41,720 bases of DNA. Source: a virus. Its lineage: Duplodnaviria > Heunggongvirae > Uroviricota > Caudoviricetes. Position numbers and translations under genes: made by a program. How positions within the stretch are numbered: the stretch's first letter is position 1; every line of letters starts with the position of its first letter. This document shows positions 8,816-18,242 of the stretch, in pieces. The notes under the pieces are model-generated. The model was not told where the DNA came from, ran no database searches, and worked only from the letters and a program-made list of their open reading frames with translations. Location: IMG/VR virus record IMGVR_UViG_2923360383_000008; one strand, given 5' to 3'.

Positions 8816-9469
8816 TCACCCAAACGTCTCTTCAGGCCATTGGCTGGCGATAACTTTCCCCACAACGGAACAACTCTCATTGCATGGGATCATTGGGTAT
8901 TGTGGGTTTAGTGGCTGTAGAAACACCTGACCGCTATCCCTGATCAGTTTCTTGAAGGTAAATTCATCACCACCAAGTCTGGCTATGCAGAAATCGCCGG
9001 GCTCAACAGCTTGCTCAGGGTCAACCAGAATTAACATCCCGTCAGGAAAGCTGGGTTTGGAACCTGTTGGTGCGGTCATTGAGTTACCTTCAACCTCAAG
9101 CCAGAATGCAGAGTCACTGGCTTTTTTGGTTGTGCTTACCAATCTCTCCGCATCGCCTTTGGTAAAGGTTCTGAGTTCTGGAGAGAACATCCCAGCCTGA
9201 ACATGAGAAAAAACAGGGTACTCATATTGTTTTTTAACTGGGGCCGATGAGTATTCGCCAACAGGTGAAAATGTCCCGTCGTGGTTGAATGATATGTTAT
9301 CAATACCAAGGTATTTAAACACCACACCAATATCACTAAGAGATGGATGACGAGATCCGCGCAACCAGTGTCCAATCCCACCCTGCGTCATACCTAGCTC
9401 TTCGGCTAACTTCTCTTGAGTTATGCCGAGCTCTTTCATTCTGGATCTAGCCAGTTCATACCATTTCAT
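8816..9469 (-). CDS. cI: CI-type prophage repressor (HTH + LexA/S24-like autocleavage domain)
   Basis: C-terminal ~140 aa ([18 protein letters not shown]...GNSM...FKKL...[10 protein letters not shown]) matches lambda cI; N-terminal HTH ([22 protein letters not shown]) differs; start chosen at MKWYEL with AAGGA 7 nt upstream, ORF-track start is 9517. Confidence 0.85.
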   Translation of the reverse strand: MKWYELARSRMKELGITQEKLAEELGMTQGGIGHWLRGSRHPSLSDIGVVFKYLGIDNISFNHDGTFSPVGEYSSAPVKKQYEYPVFSHVQAGMFSPELRTFTKGDAERLVSTTKKASDSAFWLEVEGNSMTAPTGSKPSFPDGMLILVDPEQAVEPGDFCIARLGGDEFTFKKLIRDSGQVFLQPLNPQYPMIPCNESCSVVGKVIASQWPEETFG

Positions 9470-9509
9470 TTTCATGTCCTTATTATTACGCTCTGTACTG
9501 GAACCATCC

Positions 9510-9560
9510 ATGCACAATGTGTATTTTTACTTGTATTCGCAAAGTACATATTGTATTTTT
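9510..9560 (+). promoter_or_regulatory. pR promoter with oR operator repeats (divergent pRM region)
   Basis: -35 TTGTAT (9531-9536), 17-nt spacer, -10 TATTTT (9554-9559); ACAATGTGT and TACATATTGTA inverted repeats of the same type as at oL. Confidence 0.45.
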
Positions 9561-9586
9561 TTATTCGTGTTTACTATGGAGGGCAT

Positions 9587-9802
9587 ATGAGCAACCTACG
9601 AAAATATCGAGAGTCACTGAATATCTCTCAAACAACACTTGCTAAGGCAGTTGGATGCACACAGGGAGCTATCGGACATTGGGAATCTGGTCGTCGCTTC
9701 CCAGACCTTAAAACATGCCGTGCTCTTGTTGCGTGCCTAAACAAGTTAGGCGCAAAAGTCAGTCTTGATGACGTGTTCCCGCCGGAACACAAAGCCGCTT
9801 AA
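9587..9802 (+). CDS. cro: Cro-like HTH (XRE family) regulator
   Basis: 71 aa; HTH QTTLAKAVGCTQGAIGHWESG; RBS GGAGGG before ATG; divergent from cI. Confidence 0.8.
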   Translation: MSNLRKYRESLNISQTTLAKAVGCTQGAIGHWESGRRFPDLKTCRALVACLNKLGAKVSLDDVFPPEHKAA

Positions 9803-9812
9803 TAAGCGGATC

Positions 9813-9858
9813 CGCTCTTTGTAACAACGGACATTCGTCCTACGTCGCTGAAAAGCGA
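9813..9858 (+). promoter_or_regulatory. Putative nutR (boxA CGCTCTTTGTAA; boxB UCGCUGAAAAGCGA)
   Basis: boxA-like CGCTCTTT followed by a 5-bp stem with GAAA loop, between cro and cII. Confidence 0.35.
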
Positions 9859-9943
9859 GTTCCAAGATATCTGACCAACTAAGGCCATATGCGTTTCCAC
9901 GCATACCTTTCAACTAACTATTCACTATTGGAAATCTTAAGAA

Positions 9944-10240
9944 ATGGAAAGAACAAGTTACAGCAAACTATCACAGCGTGACGTTGATCGCGCAGAAACA
10001 GATTTACTTATCAATCTGTCAGCTATTACCCAGCGCGGTCTGGCAAAGATGATTGGCTGTCATGAATCGAAGATAAGCAGAACGGACTGGAGATTTATTG
10101 CTTCGGTCTTGTGTGCTTTCGGAATGGCATCAGACATCAGTCCGATTAGCAGGGCTTTTAAGTATGCGCTTGATGGACTCACCAATAAAAAACGCCCGGC
10201 GGCAACCGAGCGTTCTGAACAAATCCAGATGGAATTCTGA
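9944..10240 (+). CDS. cII: CII transcriptional activator
   Basis: 98 aa; C-terminus LTNKKRPAATERSEQIQMEF matches lambda cII; N-terminal half divergent. Confidence 0.85.
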   Translation: MERTSYSKLSQRDVDRAETDLLINLSAITQRGLAKMIGCHESKISRTDWRFIASVLCAFGMASDISPISRAFKYALDGLTNKKRPAATERSEQIQMEF

Positions 10241-10272
10241 GGTCATTACTGGATCAATCCACAGGAGTCATT

Positions 10273-11172
10273 ATGACAAATACAGCAAAAATACTCAACT
10301 TCTGCAGAGGTAACTTTGCCAAACAGGAGCGTAATGTGGCAGATCTCGATGATGGTTACGCCAGACTATCAAATATGCTGCTTGAGGCTTATTCAGGCGC
10401 AGATCTGACCAAGCGACAGTTTAAAGTGCTGCTTGCCATTCTGCGTAAAACCTATGGATGGAATAAACCAATGGACAGAATCACCGATTCTCAACTTAGC
10501 GAGATTACAAAGTTACCCGTCAAACGGTGCAATGAAGCCAAGTTAGAACTCGTCAGAATGAATATTATCAAGCAGCAAGGCGGCATGTTTGGACCAAATA
10601 AAAACATCTCAGAATGGTGTATCCCTCAAAACGAGGGAAAATCCCCTAAAACGAGGGATAAAACATCCCTCAAATTGGGGGATTGCTATCCCTCAAAACA
10701 GGGGGACACAAAAGACACTATTACAAAAGAAAAAAGAAAAGATTATTCGTCAGAGAATTCTGGCGAATCCTCTGACCAGCCAGAAAACGACCTTTCTGTG
10801 GTGAAACCGGATGCTGCAATTCAGAGCGGCAGCAAGTGGGGGACAGCAGAAGACCTGACCGCCGCAGAATGGATGTTTGACATGGTGAAGACCATCGCGC
10901 CATCAGCCAGAAAACCGAATTTTGCAGGGTGGGCTAACGATATCCGCCTGATGCGTGAACGTGACGGACGTAACCATCGCGACATGTGTGTACTGTTCCG
11001 CTGGGCATGCCAGGACAACTTCTGGTCCGGTAACGTGCTGAGCCCGGCCAAACTCCGCGACAAGTGGACCCAGCTCGAAATCAACCGTAACAAGCAACAG
11101 GCAGGTGTGACAGCCTGCAAACCAAAACTCGACCTGACAAACACTGACTGGATTTACGGGGTGGATTTATGA
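10273..11172 (+). CDS. O: Replication initiator O
   Basis: 299 aa, lambda O length; contains ori iterons internally; RBS ACAGGAG. Confidence 0.95.
   Translation: MTNTAKILNFCRGNFAKQERNVADLDDGYARLSNMLLEAYSGADLTKRQFKVLLAILRKTYGWNKPMDRITDSQLSEITKLPVKRCNEAKLELVRMNIIKQQGGMFGPNKNISEWCIPQNEGKSPKTRDKTSLKLGDCYPSKQGDTKDTITKEKRKDYSSENSGESSDQPENDLSVVKPDAAIQSGSKWGTAEDLTAAEWMFDMVKTIAPSARKPNFAGWANDIRLMRERDGRNHRDMCVLFRWACQDNFWSGNVLSPAKLRDKWTQLEINRNKQQAGVTACKPKLDLTNTDWIYGVDL
10621..10760 (+). repeat. ori iterons (four ~19-bp ATCCCTCAAAACGAGGGA-type repeats) plus AT-rich tract
   Basis: Direct repeats atccctcaaaacgagggaaa / atcccctaaaacgagggata / catccctcaaattggggga / atccctcaaaacaggggga followed by an A-rich stretch, inside O. 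Confidence 0.85.
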
Positions 11173-11870
11173 AAAACATCGCCGCACAGATGGTTAATTT
11201 TGACCGTGAGCAGATGCGTCGGATCGCCAACAACATGCCGGAACAGTACGACGAAAAGCCGCAGGTACAGCAGGTAGCGCAGATCATCAACGGTGTGTTC
11301 AGCCAGTTACTGGCAACTTTCCCGGCGAGTCTGGCTAACCGTGACCAGAACGAACTGAACGAAATCCGCCGCCAGTGGGTTCTGGCTTTCCGGGAAAACG
11401 GGATCACCACAATGGAACAGGTTAACGCAGGAATGCGCGTAGCCCGTCGGCAGAATCGACCATTTCTGCCATCACCCGGGCAGTTTGTTGCATGGTGCCG
11501 GGAAGAAGCATCCGTTATCGCCGGACTGCCAAACGTCAGCGAGCTGGTTGATATGGTTTACGAGTATTGCCGGAAGCGAGGCCTGTATCCGGATGCAGAG
11601 TCTTATCCGTGGAAATCGAACGCGCACTACTGGCTGGTTACCAACCTGTACCAGAACATGCGGGCCAATGCGCTGACTGACGCGGAATTACGACGCAAGG
11701 CTGCCGATGAACTGACCTGTATGACAGCGCGAATTAACCGTGGTGAGACGATACCTGAACCAGTAAAACAACTTCCTGTCATGGGCGGCAGACCTCTAAA
11801 TCGTGTTCAGGCGCTGGCGAAGATCGTAGAAATTAAAGCTAAGTTAGGACTGAAAGGAGCAAGTGTATGA
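11169..11870 (+). CDS. P: Replication protein P (DnaB helicase loader)
   Basis: 233 aa matching lambda P; ATGA overlap with O. Confidence 0.95.
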   Translation: MKNIAAQMVNFDREQMRRIANNMPEQYDEKPQVQQVAQIINGVFSQLLATFPASLANRDQNELNEIRRQWVLAFRENGITTMEQVNAGMRVARRQNRPFLPSPGQFVAWCREEASVIAGLPNVSELVDMVYEYCRKRGLYPDAESYPWKSNAHYWLVTNLYQNMRANALTDAELRRKAADELTCMTARINRGETIPEPVKQLPVMGGRPLNRVQALAKIVEIKAKLGLKGASV

Positions 11871-12157
11871 CGGGCAAAGAGGCAATTATTCATTACCTGG
11901 GGACGCATAATAGCTTCTGTGCGCCGGACGTTGCCGCGCTAACAGGCGCAACAGTAACCAGCATAAATCAGGCCGCGGCTAAAATGGCACGGGCAGGTCT
12001 TCTGGTTATCGAAGGTAAGGTCTGGCGAACGGTGTATTACCGGTTTGCTACCAAGGAAGAACGGGAAGGAAAGATGAGCACGAACCTGATTTTTAAGGAG
12101 TGTCGCCAGAGTGCCACGATGAAACGGATATTGGCGGTATATGGAGTTAAAAGATGA
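11867..12157 (+). CDS. ren: Ren protein
   Basis: 96 aa MTGKEAIIHYLGTHNSFCAPDVAALTGATVTS... matches lambda Ren; ATGA overlap with P. Confidence 0.85.
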   Translation: MTGKEAIIHYLGTHNSFCAPDVAALTGATVTSINQAAAKMARAGLLVIEGKVWRTVYYRFATKEEREGKMSTNLIFKECRQSATMKRILAVYGVKR

Positions 12158-12182
12158 CCATCTACATCACTGAGCTAATAAC

Positions 12183-12214
12183 AGGCCTGCAGGTAATCGC
12201 AGGCCTTTTTATTT
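12183..12214 (+). terminator. tR2-like intrinsic terminator
   Basis: 8-bp stem AGGCCTGC...GCAGGCCT followed by TTTTTATTT between ren and ninB. Confidence 0.5.
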
Positions 12215-12230
12215 GGGGGAGAGGGAAGTC

Positions 12231-12671
12231 ATGAAAAAACTAACCTTTGAAATTCGATCTCCGGCACATCAGCAAAACGCTATTCACGCAGTACAGCAAA
12301 TCCTTCCAGACCCAACCAAACCAATCGTAGTAACCATTCAGGAACGCAACCGCAGCTTAGACCAAAACAGGAAGCTATGGGCCTGCTTAGGTGACGTCTC
12401 TCGTCAGGTTGAATGGCATGGTCGCTGGCTGGATGCAGAAAGCTGGAAGTGTGTGTTTACCGCAGCATTAAAGCAGCAGGATGTTGTTCCTAACCTTGCC
12501 GGGAATGGCTTTGTGGTAATAGGCCAGTCAACCAGCAGGATGCGTGTAAGCGAATTTGCGGAGCTATTAGAGCTTATACAGGCATTCGGTACAGAGCGTG
12601 GCGTTAAGTGGTCAGACGAAGCGCGACTGGCTCTCGAATGGAAAGCGCGATGGGGAGATCGGGCTGCATGA
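12231..12671 (+). CDS. ninB: NinB recombination protein
   Basis: 146 aa MKKLTFEIRSPAHQQNAIHAVQQILPDPTKP... matches lambda NinB. Confidence 0.85.
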   Translation: MKKLTFEIRSPAHQQNAIHAVQQILPDPTKPIVVTIQERNRSLDQNRKLWACLGDVSRQVEWHGRWLDAESWKCVFTAALKQQDVVPNLAGNGFVVIGQSTSRMRVSEFAELLELIQAFGTERGVKWSDEARLALEWKARWGDRAA

Positions 12672-13195
12672 CTATCAAATCAAATACGCCAGCACACGAC
12701 AAGGACTGCTGGCAAACGCCGCTTTGGCTTTTTGATGCACTGGATATTGAGTTTGGATTCTGGCTGGATTCGGCAGCGAGCGACAAAAATGCTCTGTGCG
12801 CTCACTGGCTAACTGAGGACGACGACGCGCTCAATTCTGAGTGGGTAAGCCACGGTGCAATCTGGAATAACCCACCGTACAGCAATATCAGGCCGTGGGT
12901 GGAAAAAGCCGCTGAGCAGTGTATACAACAGCGACAGACGGTAGTGATGCTTGTGCCAGAGGATATGTCTGTCGGATGGTTCAGCAAGGCTCTGGAGAGT
13001 GTTGACGAAGTTCGTATTATCACTGATGGACGGATTAATTTTATCGAACCATCGACAGGGCTGGAGAAGAAGGGAAACAGCAAAGGCTCCATGCTGCTGA
13101 TTTGGCGACCGTTCATCAGTCCTCGACGGATGTTTACTACCGTATCCAAAGCGGCATTGATGGCGATCGGGCAGGGCGTCAGGAGGGCTGCATGA
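12668..13195 (+). CDS. Phage DNA N6-adenine methyltransferase (Dam-like)
   Basis: NPPY motif ([10 protein letters not shown]) typical of amino-methyltransferases; ATGA overlap with ninB; no adjacent restriction gene. Confidence 0.75.
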   Translation: MTIKSNTPAHDKDCWQTPLWLFDALDIEFGFWLDSAASDKNALCAHWLTEDDDALNSEWVSHGAIWNNPPYSNIRPWVEKAAEQCIQQRQTVVMLVPEDMSVGWFSKALESVDEVRIITDGRINFIEPSTGLEKKGNSKGSMLLIWRPFISPRRMFTTVSKAALMAIGQGVRRAA

Positions 13196-13368
13196 GACGA
13201 CAGCGACGAAGCATCACCGACATAATCTGCGAAAACTGCAAATACCTTCCAACGAAACGCTCCAGAAATAAACGCAAGCTAATCCCAAAAGAATCTGACG
13301 TAAAAACCTTCAATTACACAGCCCACCTGTGGGATATCCGGTGGCTAAGATATCGTGCGAGGAAATGA
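13192..13368 (+). CDS. ninE: NinE-like protein
   Basis: 58 aa [27 protein letters not shown]... at ninE position; ATGA-coupled. Confidence 0.5.
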   Translation: MRRQRRSITDIICENCKYLPTKRSRNKRKLIPKESDVKTFNYTAHLWDIRWLRYRARK

Positions 13369-13712
13369 CAATGGATTATTCACAGTTAAGTGATTTTGAA
13401 ATTAACAGAATGGTAGGAGACATAATTTTTAAAGGCCTTTGGGCAAGTAAACCGGAAACATCAGGGAATAACACCAACAAATGGTATTACGGAAATGCTG
13501 ATACAACTTTTGAGCCATTAAATCATTTGCCTGACTACTGCAATGATCCGAGCGCTTCATGGCCGATTATTGAGAAATACAGGATTTCTATCTTAGACCA
13601 GTTAACTGAATGGTGTGTGGATGCAAAAGGCGTAAGCCCAATATTTGATACCAGACCTCTCCGCGCCGCCATGATTGTCTTTCTCCTGATGCAGGAGGCC
13701 AATAATGCTTAG
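13365..13712 (+). CDS. Hypothetical nin-region protein
   Basis: 115-aa ORF from [12 protein letters not shown] overlap with upstream gene; RBS GAGGAA. Confidence 0.5.
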   Translation: MTMDYSQLSDFEINRMVGDIIFKGLWASKPETSGNNTNKWYYGNADTTFEPLNHLPDYCNDPSASWPIIEKYRISILDQLTEWCVDAKGVSPIFDTRPLRAAMIVFLLMQEANNA

Positions 13713-13899
13713 CCCATCTCAATCCCTTCAATACCTGAAAGAAAGCATAGAGCGGGCTTCAATGTGCACAGAGTGGATTCTATCTAGGTTTAGCGCATAC
13801 AGAAGATTGCCGGTAAAGGGCATGCCAAGCAAGTCGATGCTGCATATGCAAAAGAATGCGCGCTGGAAGGTATGGCGAGAACACAGGTTATGTGGCTGA
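13705..13899 (+). CDS. Hypothetical nin-region protein
   Basis: 64-aa ORF overlapping upstream stop. Confidence 0.4.
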   Translation: MLSPSQSLQYLKESIERASMCTEWILSRFSAYRRLPVKGMPSKSMLHMQKNARWKVWREHRLCG

Positions 13900-13918
13900 A
13901 AGAGGGGGTTATTAAGGC

Positions 13919-14281
13919 GTGAATACCTACAGCATCACATTACCCTGGCCTCCGAGCAATAATCGCTATTACCGCCATAATCGCGGGCGCACGCACGTCA
14001 GCGCAGAGGGGCAGGCATACCGCGATAACGTCGCCCGAATCATTAAAAACGCAATGCTGGATATCGGCCTGGCTATGCCTGTGAAAATCCGCATTGAGTG
14101 CCACATGCCGGATCGCCGTCGCCGTGACCTGGATAATCTGCAAAAAGCCGCTTTTGACGCACTCACTAAAGCAGGTTTCTGGCTGGATGATGCTCAGGTC
14201 GTTGATTACCGCGTTGTGAAGATGCCTGTTACCAAAGGTGGGAGGCTGGAACTGACCATCACCGAAATGGGGAATGAATGA
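13919..14281 (+). CDS. rusA: RusA Holliday-junction resolvase
   Basis: 120 aa [34 protein letters not shown]... matches E. coli/DLP12 RusA as I recall; GTG start. Confidence 0.9.
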   Translation: MNTYSITLPWPPSNNRYYRHNRGRTHVSAEGQAYRDNVARIIKNAMLDIGLAMPVKIRIECHMPDRRRRDLDNLQKAAFDALTKAGFWLDDAQVVDYRVVKMPVTKGGRLELTITEMGNE

Positions 14282-14418
14282 TGTTTGAGTTTAATATGGC
14301 AGAACTTCTTCGCCACCGCTGGGGGCGTCTGCGCTTATATCGTTTCCTCGGTTCTGTTTTGACCGATTACCGAATACTGAAGAATTACGCCAAAACCCTG
14401 ACAGGAACAGGAGTATGA
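14278..14418 (+). CDS. Small protein (YlcG-like)
   Basis: 46 codons [23 protein letters not shown]... found by hand; ATGA overlap with rusA; below ORF-track cutoff. Confidence 0.4.
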   Translation: MMFEFNMAELLRHRWGRLRLYRFLGSVLTDYRILKNYAKTLTGTGV

Positions 14419-14503
14419 AGTCAGAGATAACAATCAACTAATACTGTTTTGTTGATTTTTGCTTGTAATTGGCGTTCTGGTCTGATTTTTGTGGAGTAAG
14501 TTG

Positions 14504-14887
14504 ATGCGTGATATTCAGATGGTTCTTGAGCGTTGGGGTGCGTGGGCGGCTAATAATCATGAAGATGTGACCTGGTCGTCCATTGCCGCCGGTTTTAAGG
14601 GATTAATTCCTTCAAAAGTAAAATCTCGCCCGCAATGTTGTGACGATGACGCGATGATCATTTGCGGGTGCATGGCCCGTCTGAAAAAGAACAACAGCGA
14701 TTTACACGATTTATTAGTAGATTATTATGTATGTGGTATGACATTCATGTCACTGGCAAGTAAGCATTGCTGCTCGGATGGTTATATCGGGAAAAGGTTA
14801 CAGAAGGCTGAGGGCATAATTGAAGGGATGTTAATGGCATTAGATATCCGGTTAGATATGGATATCGTTGCTAATAATTCTAATTGA
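14504..14887 (+). CDS. Q-like late-gene antiterminator
   Basis: 127 aa from ATG 14504 (RBS GGAG); Cys-rich ([12 protein letters not shown]...CC); located between rusA and lysis module; ORF-track start 14489 is a TTG. Confidence 0.8.
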   Translation: MRDIQMVLERWGAWAANNHEDVTWSSIAAGFKGLIPSKVKSRPQCCDDDAMIICGCMARLKKNNSDLHDLLVDYYVCGMTFMSLASKHCCSDGYIGKRLQKAEGIIEGMLMALDIRLDMDIVANNSN

Positions 14888-15024
14888 TATGCAATTGTTT
14901 ACTAAAAGTTATTAAAAATGGGGCGTGGAAACGCCCCCAAAATAAAGGGTAATATATAACAGAAGGTTTATATAGTAAGAAGCAAGGTAGTGCTTCTAAA
15001 GGAAGTGGCTTGAGGGCTCCACTT

Positions 15025-15064
15025 ATATGTTGCGGAGGCAAAGCCTCCCGCAACATATCTTTTT
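15025..15064 (+). terminator. Strong intrinsic terminator downstream of Q
   Basis: 14-bp stem (one bulge) ATATGTTGCGGAGGC-aaa-GCCTCCCGCAACATAT followed by CTTTTT. Confidence 0.5.
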
Positions 15065-15075
15065 CGTAAGTCAGA

Positions 15076-16158
15076 TTAGAACTGATAAACCAGACCTACA
15101 GCGACGATGTCGTCGGTATCAATACCAGCTGTTTTGGTAAACTTACTATCGTCAATTAAGTTGATTTTGTAATCAACAAAAGTGGACATGTTTTTATTAA
15201 AGTAGTAAGTAGCACCGACATCGACATACTTGACTAAGTCTCGGTCACCATGAACACCAAGGTCTTTACCTTTTGACTGAAGGTAAGCAACAGATGGACG
15301 CAGACCGAAGTCAAACTGATATTGTGCTACTGCTTCAAAGTTTTGTGCTTTGTTTGCAATATGGTTATTACCAAAAACGGTCATATTCTGAGTTTCAGAA
15401 TATGTGGTAGCCAGATAGATATTGTTCGCATCATATTTCAGGCCTGCAGCCCATACTTCCGCATTTTTGCCGGAGGCATTGAATTTGCTCTTACCATAGG
15501 CGACCTGACCGTCAGTGCGATCTGATTTAGCATAGGTTGCACCCACGCCGAATCCTTCATACTCATAAGTAGTGGAGAAACCGAAACCATCACCATTGGC
15601 TTCAGTTACGTCAGTGCGGTCATTTTTACCCTGATACTGAGCAGCAAAGTTCAGGCCATCGACCAGACCAAAGAAGTCGTTGTTACGATAAGTTGCAACA
15701 CCAGTAGTGCGACCAGTCATGAACACATCTGTTTGGGTCCAGGTATCACCACCGAATTCTGGCAGAACGTCAGTCCACGCACCGATGTCGTATGCTACAC
15801 CGTAGTTACGGCCGTAATCGATTGAGCCGTAATCACCAAATTTCAGGCCTGCAAATGCAAGACGGGTTTTGTCTTTGGAAGAACCTTGAGATTCAGCACG
15901 GTTGCCTTTGAATTCATATTCCCACTGACCGAAACCAGTCAGTTGATCGTTGATTTGGGTTTCACCTTTGAAGCCAAGACGGGCATAAGTAGTATCACCA
16001 TCATCTGCATCATTAGAGGAGAAGTAGTGCTTGGCATTAACTTTCCCGTATAGATCCAGCTTGTTACTGTCTTTATTATAAATTTCAGCTGCCTGAGCAG
16101 ACATCGCCATCAGTACTGATGCAGCTACAGCAGAAATTGCCACTGTTAATTTTTTCAT
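15076..16158 (-). CDS. OmpC/NmpC/Lc-type general porin (lysogenic-conversion moron)
   Basis: 360 aa from [14 protein letters not shown] (signal peptide ...[10 protein letters not shown]), C-terminal ...VGLVYQF beta-barrel terminus; antisense to the late operon. Confidence 0.9.
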   Translation of the reverse strand: MKKLTVAISAVAASVLMAMSAQAAEIYNKDSNKLDLYGKVNAKHYFSSNDADDGDTTYARLGFKGETQINDQLTGFGQWEYEFKGNRAESQGSSKDKTRLAFAGLKFGDYGSIDYGRNYGVAYDIGAWTDVLPEFGGDTWTQTDVFMTGRTTGVATYRNNDFFGLVDGLNFAAQYQGKNDRTDVTEANGDGFGFSTTYEYEGFGVGATYAKSDRTDGQVAYGKSKFNASGKNAEVWAAGLKYDANNIYLATTYSETQNMTVFGNNHIANKAQNFEAVAQYQFDFGLRPSVAYLQSKGKDLGVHGDRDLVKYVDVGATYYFNKNMSTFVDYKINLIDDSKFTKTAGIDTDDIVAVGLVYQF

Positions 16159-16585
16159 TGTACGCCCTTTTTTTGAACTATTATTAAAAAATGATGTCAC
16201 TGCGCGATAAATATTCATCTAATCAATGTGATTATTTCAAGATGTAAGTTTTAGTTTCTCATTTAATTTGTGAAGTAGATCTCTATTTTTATCTGAACCT
16301 TTTCTATCTAATCCTATTCATGGCTCTTGTCTGAACAAAAATAAATCTATTAGCTAATTTATATTAATGGCACTTATTTATAAGTGCTCTATAATTCTTT
16401 AGCTTAATTTAAACAAACTAAAAATAACATTGGAAATTATTAACTGGTTATTTGTTGAAGTTTTCTTATGCATTTGTGGTGGTGTTTTGAACACTCGGTG
16501 GCATTCTCACAAATATCATTTAGTAGTTTACGTACGTAAAAAATTGGTTATGCTGTTAAGAGTGGTTACTTCGTCACACAGCTTA

Positions 16586-16610
16586 AACCCGCCGTCGAGC
16601 GGGTTTTTCC
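16586..16610 (+). terminator. Intrinsic terminator upstream of lysis genes (candidate tR')
   Basis: Hairpin AACCCGC-cgtcga-GCGGGTT followed by TTTTTCCATTTTTT about 140 nt upstream of holin. Confidence 0.45.
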
Positions 16611-16746
16611 ATTTTTTGAGTCTCGATATTAGCTGATAACCCAATACCTGAGTTATTCACTGACTCCGAATCTGTTACGTTTCTGCCTTTATTGCGATAC
16701 GTAGTATCCCCTTAATTTACACCCGCTTTGTCTGCGAGGTGGGGTT

Positions 16747-16962
16747 ATGAAATCCATGGATAAGTTAACAACGGGTGTCGCCTATGGTACCTCAGCAGGT
16801 AGTGCCGGGTACTGGTTTTTACAGTTGCTCGATAAAGTCACGCCCTCACAGTGGGCGGCAATAGGTGTGCTGGGTAGCCTGGTATTTGGCCTGCTGACGT
16901 ACCTGACAAACCTTTATTTCAAGATTAAAGAAGATAAGCGCAAGGCTGCGAGAGGTGAATAA
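16747..16962 (+). CDS. Class II holin (phage 21 S-type pinholin, dual start)
   Basis: 71 aa [26 protein letters not shown]... two TM segments; Met1-Lys-Ser-Met4 dual-start motif. Confidence 0.85.
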
Positions 16963-17459
16963 TGCCTCCATCATTACGAAAAGCCGTTGCTGCTGCTATT
17001 GGTGGCGGAGCAATTGCTATAGCATCAGTGTTAATCACTGGCCCAAGTGGTAACGATGGTCTGGAAGGTGTCAGCTACATACCATACAAAGATATTGTTG
17101 GTGTATGGACTGTATGTCACGGGCATACAGGAAAAGACATCATGCTCGGTAAAACGTATACCAAAGCAGAATGCAAAGCCCTCCTGAATAAAGACCTTGC
17201 CACGGTCGCCAGACAAATTAACCCGTACATCAAAGTCGATATACCGGAAACAATGCGCGGCGCTCTTTACTCATTCGTTTACAACGTGGGTGCTGGCAAT
17301 TTCAGAACATCGACGCTTCTTCGCAAAATAAACCAGGGCGATATCAAAGGCGCATGTGATCAGCTACGTCGCTGGACATATGCTGGCGGTAAGCAATGGA
17401 AAGGTCTCATGACTCGTCGTGAGATTGAGCGTGAAATCTGTTTGTGGGGTCAGCAATGA
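16962..17459 (+). CDS. SAR endolysin (T4-lysozyme-like muramidase with N-terminal signal-anchor-release domain)
   Basis: 165 aa; N-terminal Gly/Ala-rich hydrophobic stretch [18 protein letters not shown] then lysozyme-like core. Confidence 0.9.
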   Translation: MPPSLRKAVAAAIGGGAIAIASVLITGPSGNDGLEGVSYIPYKDIVGVWTVCHGHTGKDIMLGKTYTKAECKALLNKDLATVARQINPYIKVDIPETMRGALYSFVYNVGAGNFRTSTLLRKINQGDIKGACDQLRRWTYAGGKQWKGLMTRREIEREICLWGQQ

Positions 17460-17917
17460 ACAGAGTAACCGCGATTATCTCCGCTCTGGTTATCTGCATC
17501 ATCGTCTGCCTGTCATGGGCTGTTAATCATTACCGTGATAACGCCATTACCTACAAAGCCCAGCGCGACAAAAATGCCAGAGAACTGACGCTGGCGAACG
17601 CGGTAATTACTGACATACAGATGCGTCAGCGTGATGTTGCTGCGCTCGATGCAAAATACACGAAGGAGTTAGCTGATGCGAAAGCTGAAAATGATGCTCT
17701 GCGTGATGATGTTGCCGCTGGTCGTCGTCGGTTGCACATCAAAGCAGTCTGTCAGTCAGTGCGTGAAGCCACCACCGCCTCCGGCGTGGATAATGCAGCC
17801 TCCCCCCGACTGGCAGACACCGCTGAACGGGATTATTTCACCCTCAGAGAGAGGCTGATCACTATGCAAAAACAACTGGAAGGAACCCAGAAGTATATTA
17901 ATGAGCAGTGCAGATAG
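17456..17917 (+). CDS. Rz i-spanin
   Basis: 153 aa with N-terminal TM and coiled-coil-prone body; ATGA overlap with endolysin. Confidence 0.8.
   Translation: MNRVTAIISALVICIIVCLSWAVNHYRDNAITYKAQRDKNARELTLANAVITDIQMRQRDVAALDAKYTKELADAKAENDALRDDVAAGRRRLHIKAVCQSVREATTASGVDNAASPRLADTAERDYFTLRERLITMQKQLEGTQKYINEQCR
17676..17858 (+). CDS. Rz1 o-spanin lipoprotein (embedded in Rz, +1 frame)
   Basis: 60 aa; lipobox VVVGC; proline-rich ([15 protein letters not shown]). Confidence 0.7.
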   Translation: MRKLKMMLCVMMLPLVVVGCTSKQSVSQCVKPPPPPAWIMQPPPDWQTPLNGIISPSERG

Positions 17918-17948
17918 AGCTGCCCATATCGATGGGCAACTCATGCAA

Positions 17949-18242
17949 TTATTGTGAGCAATACACACGCGCTTCCAGCGGAGTATAAATGCCTAAAGTA
18001 ATAAAACCGAGCAATCCATTTACGAATGTTTGCTGGGTTTCTGTTTTAACAACATTTTCTGCACCACCACAAATTTTTGCTGCATCGACAGTTTTCTTCT
18101 GCCCAATTCCCGAAACGAAGAAATGATGGGTGATGGTTTCCTTTGGTGTTACTGCTGTAGGTTTGTTTCCAACAGTAAACGTCTGTTGAGCACATCCTGT
18201 AATAAGCATTGCCAGAGCGGCAGAAAACAACATTTTTTTCAT
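17949..18242 (-). CDS. bor: Bor lipoprotein (serum-resistance moron)
   Basis: 97 aa MKKMLFSAALAMLITGCAQQTFTV...EARVYCSQ matches lambda Bor; lipobox ITGC. Confidence 0.85.
   Translation of the reverse strand: MKKMLFSAALAMLITGCAQQTFTVGNKPTAVTPKETITHHFFVSGIGQKKTVDAAKICGGAENVVKTETQQTFVNGLLGFITLGIYTPLEARVYCSQ

Noticed and set aside
9416-9802. 128-aa extended Cro ORF starting at 9416
   Set aside because: The extension would run through the operator/promoter region and overlap the cI start; the ATG at 9587 with a GGAGGG RBS gives a typical 71-aa Cro.
16430-16636. 68-aa plus-strand ORF between the porin and holin
   Set aside because: AT-rich promoter region; the ORF runs through an intrinsic terminator hairpin (16586..16610) and has no RBS; more likely non-coding.
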